Shown piece after piece: positions 20,031 through 28,175 of a stretch of DNA of 64,000 nt. Location: the NCBI GenBank assembly GCA_021108295.1, contig JAIORF010000102.1, positions 7,260-71,259 of the forward strand, in the 5' to 3' direction. Source of the DNA: a bacterium (GTDB lineage Bacteria; Patescibacteriota; Dojkabacteria; SC72). Position 1 is the first letter of the stretch; every line of letters begins with the position of its first letter. The notes below the pieces were generated by a model. It was not told the DNA's origin. It did not search any database and worked only from the letters and a program-made list of their open reading frames with translations. The position numbers and the translations under genes are program-made.

Positions 20031-21739
20031 TATATTGTGTTGATTATTTTAATATGTTTCTTTCGTTTATATTTCTTTATAATCTTCATTTCGGTTTTGT
20101 GGGATTTAATGTCTTTTGTGACAAAGAGAATATCTATTTTATCAAATCCTAGTCCATGTTCTTTGACTTCATCTAGGTCTCTGTATTGTAGGATGATGGT
20201 GTCTAGGGCTGCGTTGACTTTGAGGGCTTCAATGGCCTTCCAGGTATCAATATTGTCATTAAATTCACAGTTATTAATTAATATCTTATGGTCTTTGTAT
20301 ACACCGACATTTTCTTCATTATTAATGTATCCTTTTTTCCTTAGTAGTGTAGGGATATCGTCTGTACTTTGGCCAATTACTACATATTTCTTTGTGTGAT
20401 TGTCTTTGAGTAGGGCTTGAACGTAGTAGGTGAGTGCTTCCGTTTGTACTTCTCCAATTACTGGGAAGAAGTTAAGGTATGATTCTGGCATAGTATTGAC
20501 CTCTAGTATTGCACCGTTGTCTTTTGTGAGTGGCTTTGAGATGTCTTTACACATTATATCTACACCTAAGGTAAATACATGCATTGTAGAGGCTATTGAT
20601 TCTACGATTATTTTTATCTCAGGAGATACTTTGTCTGAGAAGTCTTCTGTTATTCCTCCTCTACTCATACTTGCTATACCTCGTACATAGATTTTTTGAT
20701 TTTTTGTAGGTATAGATTCTAATGTTAAGCTCTGTTTTTCTAAGAAGGTTGTTAGTGGATCATCAAATATTATTGGCTTTAAGGTATGTGAAGGGTTACT
20801 TGTATTTCTTCTTGGGTCTTTGTTTGTTTCGTCTATGAGTTTCTTGATAGAAGATTTTCCATTTCCGATGATAAAGGCTGGTATTCGTTTGGTACAGACT
20901 TTTAGTTCCCCGTTGATAACCAAAAGCCTGTAGTCTGAGCCGTCTTTAGGGCCGTCTACCTGTTCCTGTATCATTATCTTTTTTTGCCAAGCACTTCTTT
21001 TTTTTGCTTCTACCTGTTTTGTGGCGTATTCTAAAGCATTGTAGGCTTTTTCCTTAGAGTCAATACCTACGACAACACCACTTCCTCCTGTTAGACCAGT
21101 TGGTTTGATAACTAGAGGCTTCTCATATTGAGCCCAGACTTTATCAATGTCTTTTTTGGAATCAATAATTTCCCATTTAGGTAGGGGCAGACCCATTCGT
21201 TCTATGATTTTGTTTGTTGACCATTTGTCTCGTTGAACTTTCATACCAAAGGTTGAGTCTTTTGTTGAAGCTATGGAGCAGGTTGCTTCAGATCCTTTAC
21301 CACAGCCTAGTGTGTAGTATCTATTCCAAGTGTAACCGAATCCTGCGGAGGTTCCGGGAACTATATCTTCGTTAGCAATTGTGAGTGTAGTTTCGTATCC
21401 TAGTTCCTGAGCTTTATGTAGTATTGGGATGGTAGACATAGAGTTAACTCTTTGTTTGATTACGGTGCCTAGTGTGTAATCTTGAGCTTCTTGTAGAGTT
21501 ATTTCTGAGTTGGAGAGTTTTCTAAAGGTTTTTGCACAATTTCTCCAGATACCTGGTAATTTGGAGCTTATAGTTAGGAGGTTGTTTTCTAATTTGTAGT
21601 TTTCAATAAATATTGGGTGAAATCCTTGGATTAGGTTTAGTAGTTTGAAGAGTTCTTCGCTTTCTTTAATGTCTGAGATCTTAATTTGAGTAGTAGGGGA
21701 TTCAAGGTTTAGGCCTTGTATTGTTTTGAGGTTTTTCAT
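20030..21739 (-). CDS. Cyanophycin synthetase-like ATP-grasp protein with truncated Mur-like C-terminus
   Basis: LGCGK, PLVIKP..GGSGV, DYRLLVING, RIPAFIIGNG, NKDPRR, SMSRGG, GVDI, LEVNTMP; C-terminal GLGFD remnant. Confidence 0.75.
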   Translation of the reverse strand: MKNLKTIQGLNLESPTTQIKISDIKESEELFKLLNLIQGFHPIFIENYKLENNLLTISSKLPGIWRNCAKTFRKLSNSEITLQEAQDYTLGTVIKQRVNSMSTIPILHKAQELGYETTLTIANEDIVPGTSAGFGYTWNRYYTLGCGKGSEATCSIASTKDSTFGMKVQRDKWSTNKIIERMGLPLPKWEIIDSKKDIDKVWAQYEKPLVIKPTGLTGGSGVVVGIDSKEKAYNALEYATKQVEAKKRSAWQKKIMIQEQVDGPKDGSDYRLLVINGELKVCTKRIPAFIIGNGKSSIKKLIDETNKDPRRNTSNPSHTLKPIIFDDPLTTFLEKQSLTLESIPTKNQKIYVRGIASMSRGGITEDFSDKVSPEIKIIVESIASTMHVFTLGVDIMCKDISKPLTKDNGAILEVNTMPESYLNFFPVIGEVQTEALTYYVQALLKDNHTKKYVVIGQSTDDIPTLLRKKGYINNEENVGVYKDHKILINNCEFNDNIDTWKAIEALKVNAALDTIILQYRDLDEVKEHGLGFDKIDILFVTKDIKSHKTEMKIIKKYKRKKHIKIINTI

Positions 21740-21748
21740 TGGTTGGGA

Positions 21749-22735
21749 TTATGAATTTAGATATTTTTGTTGTATATATTTCATTATTGGTATTGCTACT
21801 CTTGCAATTTCTCCCTCATCTACTTTGTAGTGTATTCTAAGTCCTGGGTTGTAGTTGATTTCGTTAATACCACATTTCACTTTCTTGGTAATGTCTGGTG
21901 TTATTATATCTACACCTCCAAATTCTGTTCCTATGGCGTGTACTGCGTCTATTGCTAGCTGTTTGTAGTAAGGGTGTACTTCCTTATTGCATTCTTGTGT
22001 AGTTCCTCCTGTAGAGAGATTACAGCTATATCTTAGGATTATATCTTCTTTGTCTTGTGGTATGGAGTCTAGTGTCATATTGAGTTCACGGAGTCGTAAG
22101 TTTACTTCATTATCAATCTTGATTGGTTTTAAGAGGTCGGTTTTTCTTTTGTTATTAAAAAGATTTATTAGTTCTTGTATGCTGTTTTTACCATCGCCTA
22201 TTACATGTGCGGCTTTTCTTCTTACTGTACCTACGATTTCATTTCCTACTACTAGGAGTCTGTAGTTTTCTCCTTCTAGAAATTCTTCACCTAAGACGCC
22301 TATATTACCTTTTGATTTGTTTTTTGTTTTAGCTATGGTATAAGCCTCTAGGACTTCTTTTTCATTGCTTGGGAGTAGTGTAATTCCTATTCCTCCTAGT
22401 TGTTGTGTTGGTTTGATCACAATTCTTTTATATTTGGCAAAGAATTTTATTGCATCAATTGGGCTTTTGAGTTTCTCTTGTTTTGGAACTGGTATTGCAG
22501 ATTCTTCAAGTACTAGGTTTGTGAGGTGTTTTCTTTTTGCAATTGTTGCGGATGTGGTATTGGTAAGTGGTGTAGCGGTGTTTATTATGTGCCATACCTT
22601 ATCTTTGCATCTGAATTCTGCAAGAAGGCTTGGTACGAGTACTTTGTAGTGTATTTTTAATTCATCGGCAGCTTCTAGGTAGTATGCTAGGTGTACATTG
22701 CCAGCTTCTTTTAGGTAGTCTGTGTATGTTTTCAT
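21749..22735 (-). CDS. CphA/GshF-type stand-alone ATP-grasp ligase
   Basis: IVIKP..GGIGIT, GENYRLLVV, AHVIGDG, NLSTGG, GVDIITPDI, NEINYNPG. Confidence 0.78.
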   Translation of the reverse strand: MKTYTDYLKEAGNVHLAYYLEAADELKIHYKVLVPSLLAEFRCKDKVWHIINTATPLTNTTSATIAKRKHLTNLVLEESAIPVPKQEKLKSPIDAIKFFAKYKRIVIKPTQQLGGIGITLLPSNEKEVLEAYTIAKTKNKSKGNIGVLGEEFLEGENYRLLVVGNEIVGTVRRKAAHVIGDGKNSIQELINLFNNKRKTDLLKPIKIDNEVNLRLRELNMTLDSIPQDKEDIILRYSCNLSTGGTTQECNKEVHPYYKQLAIDAVHAIGTEFGGVDIITPDITKKVKCGINEINYNPGLRIHYKVDEGEIARVAIPIMKYIQQKYLNS

Positions 22736-22744
22736 ATATGTATA

Positions 22745-24211
22745 TTACTTAAATATAGAGGAGGTATCAATGAGGTATCCTGTGAGTTCAGATCTCCCTA
22801 TTACTAGAGGGTAGGGGATATCGTTTGTAATGACGGCGTTTAAGGCCTTTTTATCTCCAGATATTTTAATACGGATATTAATTACAGGTCTGATTACAAT
22901 TTGTCCATCTTCTACAATTTTTGCAAGTCTTACTATGTCTGGATGGTTGGTGATTTTCTTCCCTTTGGCATCAATATATTCTTGTGCGTCTTTAAAGGTG
23001 GGGAAGCTCTTTGGTGTTTCTAACTGTTTGAAGTATTTATTTATATCGGTGTATCCTGTTCTGCTAGAGAGTCTTGTGGAGATACGGGTGGTAAGTACAC
23101 CGGTGTCTATGAATGATTTAGTTAGTTCTTTTTCTATCTTTATTTTTGTTTTCTTTTTCTTGTTTAGGATTTTAGGTTTGTGGTATACGTATACTTTTTC
23201 AGTGATGTTGACGACCTTACGACCACTTATAGATTCGATGCTTTCTTCAATTTCTCCCCCAAAGAGGTTTTTTCCTATTCTAATACCGTGTTTGATGCTT
23301 TTTACTTCTAGTCCTTTGACTTTTTCGAGTCTCCATCTTAGACCTGCTTGATTTGCTACCTGTATTCCTAGTCCTGGTCTTGCGTTGACCTCAAACACAA
23401 CGGGTCCTTTGTCACGGTCAATTGCGATGTCTACTCCGATATATCCGAGTTTTGAGGCTTTTTGGCATTTGAGGGCAATTGTAAGGAGGTTGTTCCAATT
23501 TGGTATTTGGATACCACTTAGAGATTTGTTTTCTTCAAGGTCTACTGTTTTGTCAATCATTTCGTATGTATCACTAATTAGGCTTGTTGGTTGCATATGC
23601 ATTGAGTAGGTGGTTATCCCTGTGCTTATATCGATGCCTGTACATATTGCTCCAGTGTGTAGGTTGGCTGTACCGTTAGATCTTTTGGTAGGTAGTCGTG
23701 TCATTGCCATGATGGGGACTCCATTAAAGCAGATTATTCTAATATCAGGTACTCCTTTGTAGGAGTATTGTTTAAGGAATGGGTCTGTTTTTACTCTTTC
23801 TTCGATGATTGCAGTATCTTTTCGGGAACCCATGGAGTATCTGCCTTCTAGGATGTTTTCTATATGTAGTATTATGTCCCTTTTAGACATTATCTTGCCG
23901 TTTGGTCTAATCCAGGCGTTTTGTCCTTTCTTTTTGCCGTAGAATACTATGATTCCGTTTCCTCCTGTTCCTTTGTTTGGTTTTATCACAAAGCTTTTTG
24001 GTAGTGATTCCCAGTCAAGGTATTTCAGTTGTTTTTTGCTTCTAATGAGTTTGTATACGTCGGGTGTTTTTATCCCTTCTTTTTTTAATATTCTTTTGGT
24101 GACTATCTTGTTGTCTGCAATGGCTTTTGCAGAGAGAGAGTTGTATGGTCTTATATATTCTTGGTTTCTTCTGTTTAATCCAAGAATGTCTTTGAGGGTG
24201 TTCCTATGCAT
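22745..24211 (-). CDS. Alpha-L-glutamate ligase-related ATP-grasp (ATPgrasp_ST) fused to a retropepsin-like protease domain
   Basis: ILGLNRRN, FVIKP..GGNGI, GVPDIRII, ANLHTGA, EVNARPGLGIQ; C-terminal IDTG..RP..IGR. Confidence 0.82.
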   Translation of the reverse strand: MHRNTLKDILGLNRRNQEYIRPYNSLSAKAIADNKIVTKRILKKEGIKTPDVYKLIRSKKQLKYLDWESLPKSFVIKPNKGTGGNGIIVFYGKKKGQNAWIRPNGKIMSKRDIILHIENILEGRYSMGSRKDTAIIEERVKTDPFLKQYSYKGVPDIRIICFNGVPIMAMTRLPTKRSNGTANLHTGAICTGIDISTGITTYSMHMQPTSLISDTYEMIDKTVDLEENKSLSGIQIPNWNNLLTIALKCQKASKLGYIGVDIAIDRDKGPVVFEVNARPGLGIQVANQAGLRWRLEKVKGLEVKSIKHGIRIGKNLFGGEIEESIESISGRKVVNITEKVYVYHKPKILNKKKKTKIKIEKELTKSFIDTGVLTTRISTRLSSRTGYTDINKYFKQLETPKSFPTFKDAQEYIDAKGKKITNHPDIVRLAKIVEDGQIVIRPVINIRIKISGDKKALNAVITNDIPYPLVIGRSELTGYLIDTSSIFK

Positions 24212-24866
24212 TATCTTTTTCTTCTAGTATAGATTGAAATCTAAGAAGGTCTTTGAATCTTAGGCCTTTGAATTGTCCAATTAGTATGTTTATGAGTATG
24301 AATACGGGTATTATCCAGAGGTTGTTTACTAGGTTGGTGGAGATTACGTCTCTTGTGATGATAAACCAGCCTAGTGCTGAGATTGCGATTGTAGAGAAGA
24401 GTGTAAGGAATGATGTTTTGAGGGATTTCTTTACATATTGTTTTGTAAAGAAGTCTCCTAGTGCTGCGATTGAGATCATAGCTAGGGATGGGATGTATGC
24501 CATGTTTTCTAGTGTTAGTCCATATTTGTCTATTACCATTAGGAAAAGTGTTAGGGAGAGTATGAGTATGCAGTAGTTGATAGCGATTCTTGTTATGTAG
24601 TGCATTCTAATCCTTCGTAGCACAGAGTAGGAGAGTAGGGTGCTAAAGATTACTACGGTAGTAATTGCTAATCCATACTTGAGTCCTGTGTAGGAGTATG
24701 CGATTGCGAGTATTATGGGTGCGTATATTCCGTATGTTTTGTTACCGAAGATGTATCTTCCGATACTTACTAGGGTAGCTAGTAGAGCAATTGTGATGAA
24801 GAGCTCTAAAGTTTGACTGGGTACACCATTTCCCAGTATCCAGGTTGTAAATGGAGAGTATTCCAT
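24204..24866 (-). CDS. 7TM integral membrane protein of the type associated with ATP-grasp/inactive transglutaminase operons
   Basis: RYIFGNKTYGIYAP, MHYITR, IGQFKGLR..DLLRF; multiple TM segments. Confidence 0.78.
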   Translation of the reverse strand: MEYSPFTTWILGNGVPSQTLELFITIALLATLVSIGRYIFGNKTYGIYAPIILAIAYSYTGLKYGLAITTVVIFSTLLSYSVLRRIRMHYITRIAINYCILILSLTLFLMVIDKYGLTLENMAYIPSLAMISIAALGDFFTKQYVKKSLKTSFLTLFSTIAISALGWFIITRDVISTNLVNNLWIIPVFILINILIGQFKGLRFKDLLRFQSILEEKDNA

Positions 24867-24933
24867 AGGTAGTGTTTATGACAATTTAGTATTAATTTGT
24901 GAGCAGATTAATTAATTATACTTATTAAGAGGG

Positions 24934-24962
24934 GAAAAAGCCACTCTTACGAGTGGCTTTCT
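24934..24962 (-). terminator. Intrinsic terminator after rplL
   Basis: AAAGCCACTC-gtaa-GAGTGGCTTT followed by T. Confidence 0.8.
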
Positions 24963-24983
24963 TTGTTCACAAAAGTTAGAGTA

Positions 24984-25385
24984 TTACTCTAATTCTACTT
25001 TAGCTCCTGCTTCTTCAAGCGTTGCTTTCATAGCTTCAGCGTCTTCCTTTTGTACTTCCTCTTTGATAGCTTGAGGAGCACCTTCTACAAGATCTTTAGC
25101 CTCTTTAAGGCCTAATTCTGTAATCTCTCTTACTGCTTTGATTACACCGATCTTGTTGGCACCAGCTTCTTTAAGAACAATGTTGAATGTAGACTTTTCT
25201 TCTACTTCTTCTGCTGCTACTGGGGCTGCTGCTGCTGCCATAGGGGCTGCTGCACTTACTCCAAACTTTTCTTCCATGTTCTTAACTAGGTCTGCTAGTT
25301 CTAGTACGGTCATTTTTTCAACCATTTCTAGTACTTTTGTTGCTTCCTTTGTTAATTTTGGGAGTTTTTTTGTTTCTTCTGCCAT
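24984..25385 (-). CDS. rplL: 50S ribosomal protein L7/L12
   Basis: [36 protein letters not shown]. Confidence 0.97.
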   Translation of the reverse strand: MAEETKKLPKLTKEATKVLEMVEKMTVLELADLVKNMEEKFGVSAAAPMAAAAAPVAAEEVEEKSTFNIVLKEAGANKIGVIKAVREITELGLKEAKDLVEGAPQAIKEEVQKEDAEAMKATLEEAGAKVELE

Positions 25386-25418
25386 TTTATTAAGTATATA
25401 AATTAAATTATTATCCGT

Positions 25419-25940
25419 TTAGGAATCTTTTTTAGTTATGCCTGTTAGGGCAACGGTTAGGCTCTTAGCATTACCGGTTACTGCGTTCATAAAACCACTT
25501 AGAGGTGCGCTCATTGTACCAACTAGCATACCGAGTAGTTCTTCTTTAGAAGGTATTTCTGCAAGTTGCATTACTTTTTCTTCACTTAGGAATTCTCCTT
25601 CATATACACCGCCTCTTGTGTCTAGTAGTTCTGTTTCTTCTTGAACGTCTTTTACTAGTTTAGCGGGGGTTGTAGGGTCTTCTCCGAAGTATATTACGGC
25701 TGTATTGCCATCAAAGTCTTGTATTTCTACTGGTTGTTTTGTGTCTTGTAGTGCTATTTTAAAGATCGTATTCTTTATCACAGTGAAGTTTGCACCTTGT
25801 TCTTTTAGGTCTTTTTTGAGTGCTGTGACTGTTGTTGTGTCAATACTGCCTGAGTTTACTAAGAAGTATCCTTCGTGGTTAGAGAGGATGTCTTTGTACT
25901 GTTTTAGTAATTCAGTTTTTTTGTCTTGGCTGATTGCCAT
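25419..25940 (-). CDS. rplJ: 50S ribosomal protein L10
   Basis: VIKNTIFKIAL, LAEIPSKEELL; adjacent to rplL. Confidence 0.93.
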   Translation of the reverse strand: MAISQDKKTELLKQYKDILSNHEGYFLVNSGSIDTTTVTALKKDLKEQGANFTVIKNTIFKIALQDTKQPVEIQDFDGNTAVIYFGEDPTTPAKLVKDVQEETELLDTRGGVYEGEFLSEEKVMQLAEIPSKEELLGMLVGTMSAPLSGFMNAVTGNAKSLTVALTGITKKDS

Positions 25941-25978
25941 GTCTTTAGATTATTAATTAATTTGAGTAGTCATATTTT

Positions 25979-26017
25979 GCCTCGTATGGGTTTATGTTCA
26001 TACCATATGTCTTAGGC
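25979..26017 (-). promoter_or_regulatory. L10 leader (rplJ autoregulatory RNA)
   Basis: GCCUAAGAC..GUAUG..CAUACGAGGC stem with AAGAC/CGAGG motif in the rplJ 5' UTR. Confidence 0.6.
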
Positions 26018-26031
26018 GATTAACTAGGGTG

Positions 26032-26060
26032 ATTATATATGTTTAGGTGTAGGTGGTCAA
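26032..26060 (-). promoter_or_regulatory. sigma70 promoter for rplJL
   Basis: TTGACC-17-TATAAT. Confidence 0.8.
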
Positions 26061-26075
26061 GTAGGGTAGTGGTAG

Positions 26076-26169
26076 GAAAGAAAAAGAACACCCTTAATAT
26101 TTGTTGACCGAAGTCAGAAATATTCCTCTGCTAGGAGGGGGTGTTCTCGTTCATATGGGGGTGGGGTTA
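26076..26169 (-). terminator. Cassette 1 structured trailer/terminator
   Basis: GAACACCC/GGGTGTTC stem, inner GAC-UUCG-GUC hairpin, U tract. Confidence 0.75.
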
Positions 26170-26172
26170 TTC

Positions 26173-26442
26173 CTAGTCGTCGTAATCCTCTATTAGTACG
26201 GGATATACTGCTGTGATCCCTGCTAAGGCGATGAGTACGTATACCAATACAACGGGATTCCAGCTCGGTATCATTATTACGCTGAGATATGCTATCGCTC
26301 CTCCTACAAGATAGGGGAAGCTTTTCTTGCAGATGAATATTGCAAGATCCTCGAGGATCTCTCCTAGGAATTTTTGTGTTTCAGGCTTCATCTCTGTCAC
26401 TTGACTTGTATCTTTCCTCATCTGTCTTATTCTTTTCTGCAT
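26173..26442 (-). CDS. Cassette 1 cargo: 89-aa two-TM membrane protein
   Basis: AAGGAG 8 nt upstream of ATG 26442 (MQKRIRQ..); two C-terminal hydrophobic segments. Confidence 0.75.
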   Translation of the reverse strand: MQKRIRQMRKDTSQVTEMKPETQKFLGEILEDLAIFICKKSFPYLVGGAIAYLSVIMIPSWNPVVLVYVLIALAGITAVYPVLIEDYDD

Positions 26443-26471
26443 TTTATTTCTCCTTTTAACAATATTGTTTG

Positions 26472-26755
26472 TTTTTATTATAACCATACTATTAAACTTC
26501 AACTGCTTAAAATCTAATATATGGTTATAACTATCCTAAGGAGACTAACCTTTTTTCCATATGAAAACTTGTATAAATATGGATATAAATATCACATAAT
26601 ACAAGAATATTTTAAAGAACTAGTTTCTTATAAAAGAAACATAAAAAAGATAAGGAAATCTCTCTCTATGAAGCTTTTATGTATGTTTTGGGGATATATT
26701 AAGGTGCAGTATTAACTATCTACTACATTATACTATAGGACGACATTAGTGTCAA
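26472..26755 (-). repeat. Cassette 1 promoter plus conserved structured leader
   Basis: TTGACA(26755-50)-17-TATAAT(26732-27); ~215 nt identical by eye to copies 2 and 3. Confidence 0.92.
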
Positions 26756-26771
26756 TTACACGTATGGGCAA

Positions 26772-26864
26772 GAAAGAAAAAAGCACCCTTAATATGTATT
26801 GTTGACTAATGAAAGTCAAAAATATCATAAACCTCTGTTAGGAGGGGGTGCTTTATTCATATGG
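26772..26864 (-). terminator. Cassette 2 structured trailer/terminator
   Basis: AAAGCACCC/GGGTGCTTT stem, inner UGACU/AGUCA hairpin, U tract. Confidence 0.75.
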
Positions 26865-27134
26865 TTAGGGATGCCAGATAGTAGACAGAAATTTCGAGAT
26901 AATCTGAAATGATCCATGAATACTTATCGCTTCTACAATATATACGAATAATAGTAATGCTACACATATATATGTGAAGAGGATAAGTACCCTCGTTTCT
27001 TCCTTGATTGGATTCCAGACCTTGGGTATTTTAGTGGGTATTGGGCACTCTAAAGACCACTTGAGAAGAGAGAATCCCCCATAAAAAAGCCCAGCTATGA
27101 CTCCCGTTATGGTAATCGCATCATAGATGTTCAT
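26865..27134 (-). CDS. Cassette 2 cargo: 89-aa membrane protein
   Basis: AAGGAG then ATG 27134 (MNIYDAITITG..); two hydrophobic segments. Confidence 0.75.
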   Translation of the reverse strand: MNIYDAITITGVIAGLFYGGFSLLKWSLECPIPTKIPKVWNPIKEETRVLILFTYICVALLLFVYIVEAISIHGSFQIISKFLSTIWHP

Positions 27135-27155
27135 GTTTAAGCTCCTTTTTAATTG

Positions 27156-27437
27156 TTTTATTATAACCATACTATTAAACTTCAACTGCTTAAAATCTAA
27201 TATATGGTTATAACTATCCTAAGGAGACTAACCTTTTTTCCATATGAAAACTTGTATAAATATGGATATAAATATCACATAATACAAGAATATTTTAAAG
27301 AACTAGTTTCTTATAAAAGAAACATAAAAAAGATAAGGAAATCTCTCTCTATGAAGCTTTTATGTATGTTTTGGGCTGTTTAAAGGTGCAGTATTACTAC
27401 CTACTATATTATACTATAGGGCAGGGGGTGTAGTCAA
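27156..27437 (-). repeat. Cassette 2 promoter plus conserved structured leader
   Basis: TTGACT-18-TATAAT; leader core identical to copy 1 by eye. Confidence 0.92.
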
Positions 27438-27453
27438 TATGGTGTATGGGTGA

Positions 27454-27539
27454 GAAAGAAAAAGCACCCTTAAATTATGTATTGTTGACTAATGAAAGTC
27501 AGAATAAATAAAGTGGGTGCTTTTTTCATATGGGGGGGG
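27454..27539 (-). terminator. Cassette 3 structured trailer/terminator
   Basis: AAAAAAGCACCC/GGGTGCTTTTTT-type stem, inner UGACU/AGUCA hairpin, U tract. Confidence 0.75.
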
Positions 27540-27812
27540 TTAGAACAAGTTCCAAACAAATACGACAGCCATTATGAACAGAAGGGCAATATTCTTAGCC
27601 GCTTTACGGGCAAGCTTTCTTGCTTCTTCTTCTCTTGCTTCGTCTTCTTTTGCTTCAGATTCTACAACTAAGGTATTCACCTTATAGGTAGTTTGTATTA
27701 TCACTATTAGTGATAATATTCCAACCTGGATTTGCTGCGTTTTTAACAACGAGAGCAAAGCTTCCAAGAAAAGCATCGCATCCTTAAAGAAAAAAACTAC
27801 ATCCTTAATCAT
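27540..27812 (-). CDS. Cassette 3 cargo: 90-aa membrane protein
   Basis: AAAGGAG then ATG 27812; hydrophobic segments flank a charged helix. Confidence 0.75.
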   Translation of the reverse strand: MIKDVVFFFKDAMLFLEALLSLLKTQQIQVGILSLIVIIQTTYKVNTLVVESEAKEDEAREEEARKLARKAAKNIALLFIMAVVFVWNLF

Positions 27813-27842
27813 TTTATGTCTCCTTTATATTATAGAATATTG

Positions 27843-28124
27843 TTTTATTATAACCATACTATTAAACTTCAACTGCTTAAAATCTAATATATGGTTATAA
27901 CTATCCTAAGGAGACTAACCTTTTTTCCATATGAAAACTTGTATAAATATGGATATAAATATCACATAATACAAGAATATTTTAAAGAACTAGTTTCTTA
28001 TAAAAGAAACATAAAAAAGATAAGGAAATCTCTCTCTATGAAGCTTTTATGTATGTTTTGGGCTGTTTAAAGGTGCAGTATTAACTATCTACTACATTAT
28101 ACTATAGGGCAGTGGTGTGGTCAA
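27843..28124 (-). repeat. Cassette 3 promoter plus conserved structured leader
   Basis: TTGACC-17-TATAAT; leader core identical to copies 1 and 2 by eye. Confidence 0.92.
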
Positions 28125-28130
28125 TGTGTA

Positions 28131-28155
28131 GAAAAGGACCCTTTCGAGTCCTTCC
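28131..28155 (-). terminator. Intrinsic terminator after rplA
   Basis: AAGGACTC-GAAA-GGGTCCTT followed by TT. Confidence 0.7.
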
Positions 28156-28175
28156 ATATTCATAATCAAAGAATA

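Noticed and set aside
26521-26715. Plus-strand 64-aa ORF within the leader
   Set aside because: It lies antisense in the AT-rich repeat, has no SD, and indels in copy 4 alter it. An antisense RNA here is not excluded.
26472-26755. Leader as IS/MITE ends or a T-box riboswitch
   Set aside because: No terminal inverted repeats with target duplication, no transposase, and no T-box UGGNACC motif was seen.
26076-28124. Cassette array as a CRISPR array
   Set aside because: Repeats are ~280 nt, the intervening segments are intact ORFs with SD sites, and no cas genes are present.
26076-28124. Cassette array as an integron with attC sites
   Set aside because: TAAC does sit at the stop codons, but its GTTA complement lies upstream in the leader rather than at the far end of the trailer. 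Each unit has its own promoter and terminator, and no intI is in the window.
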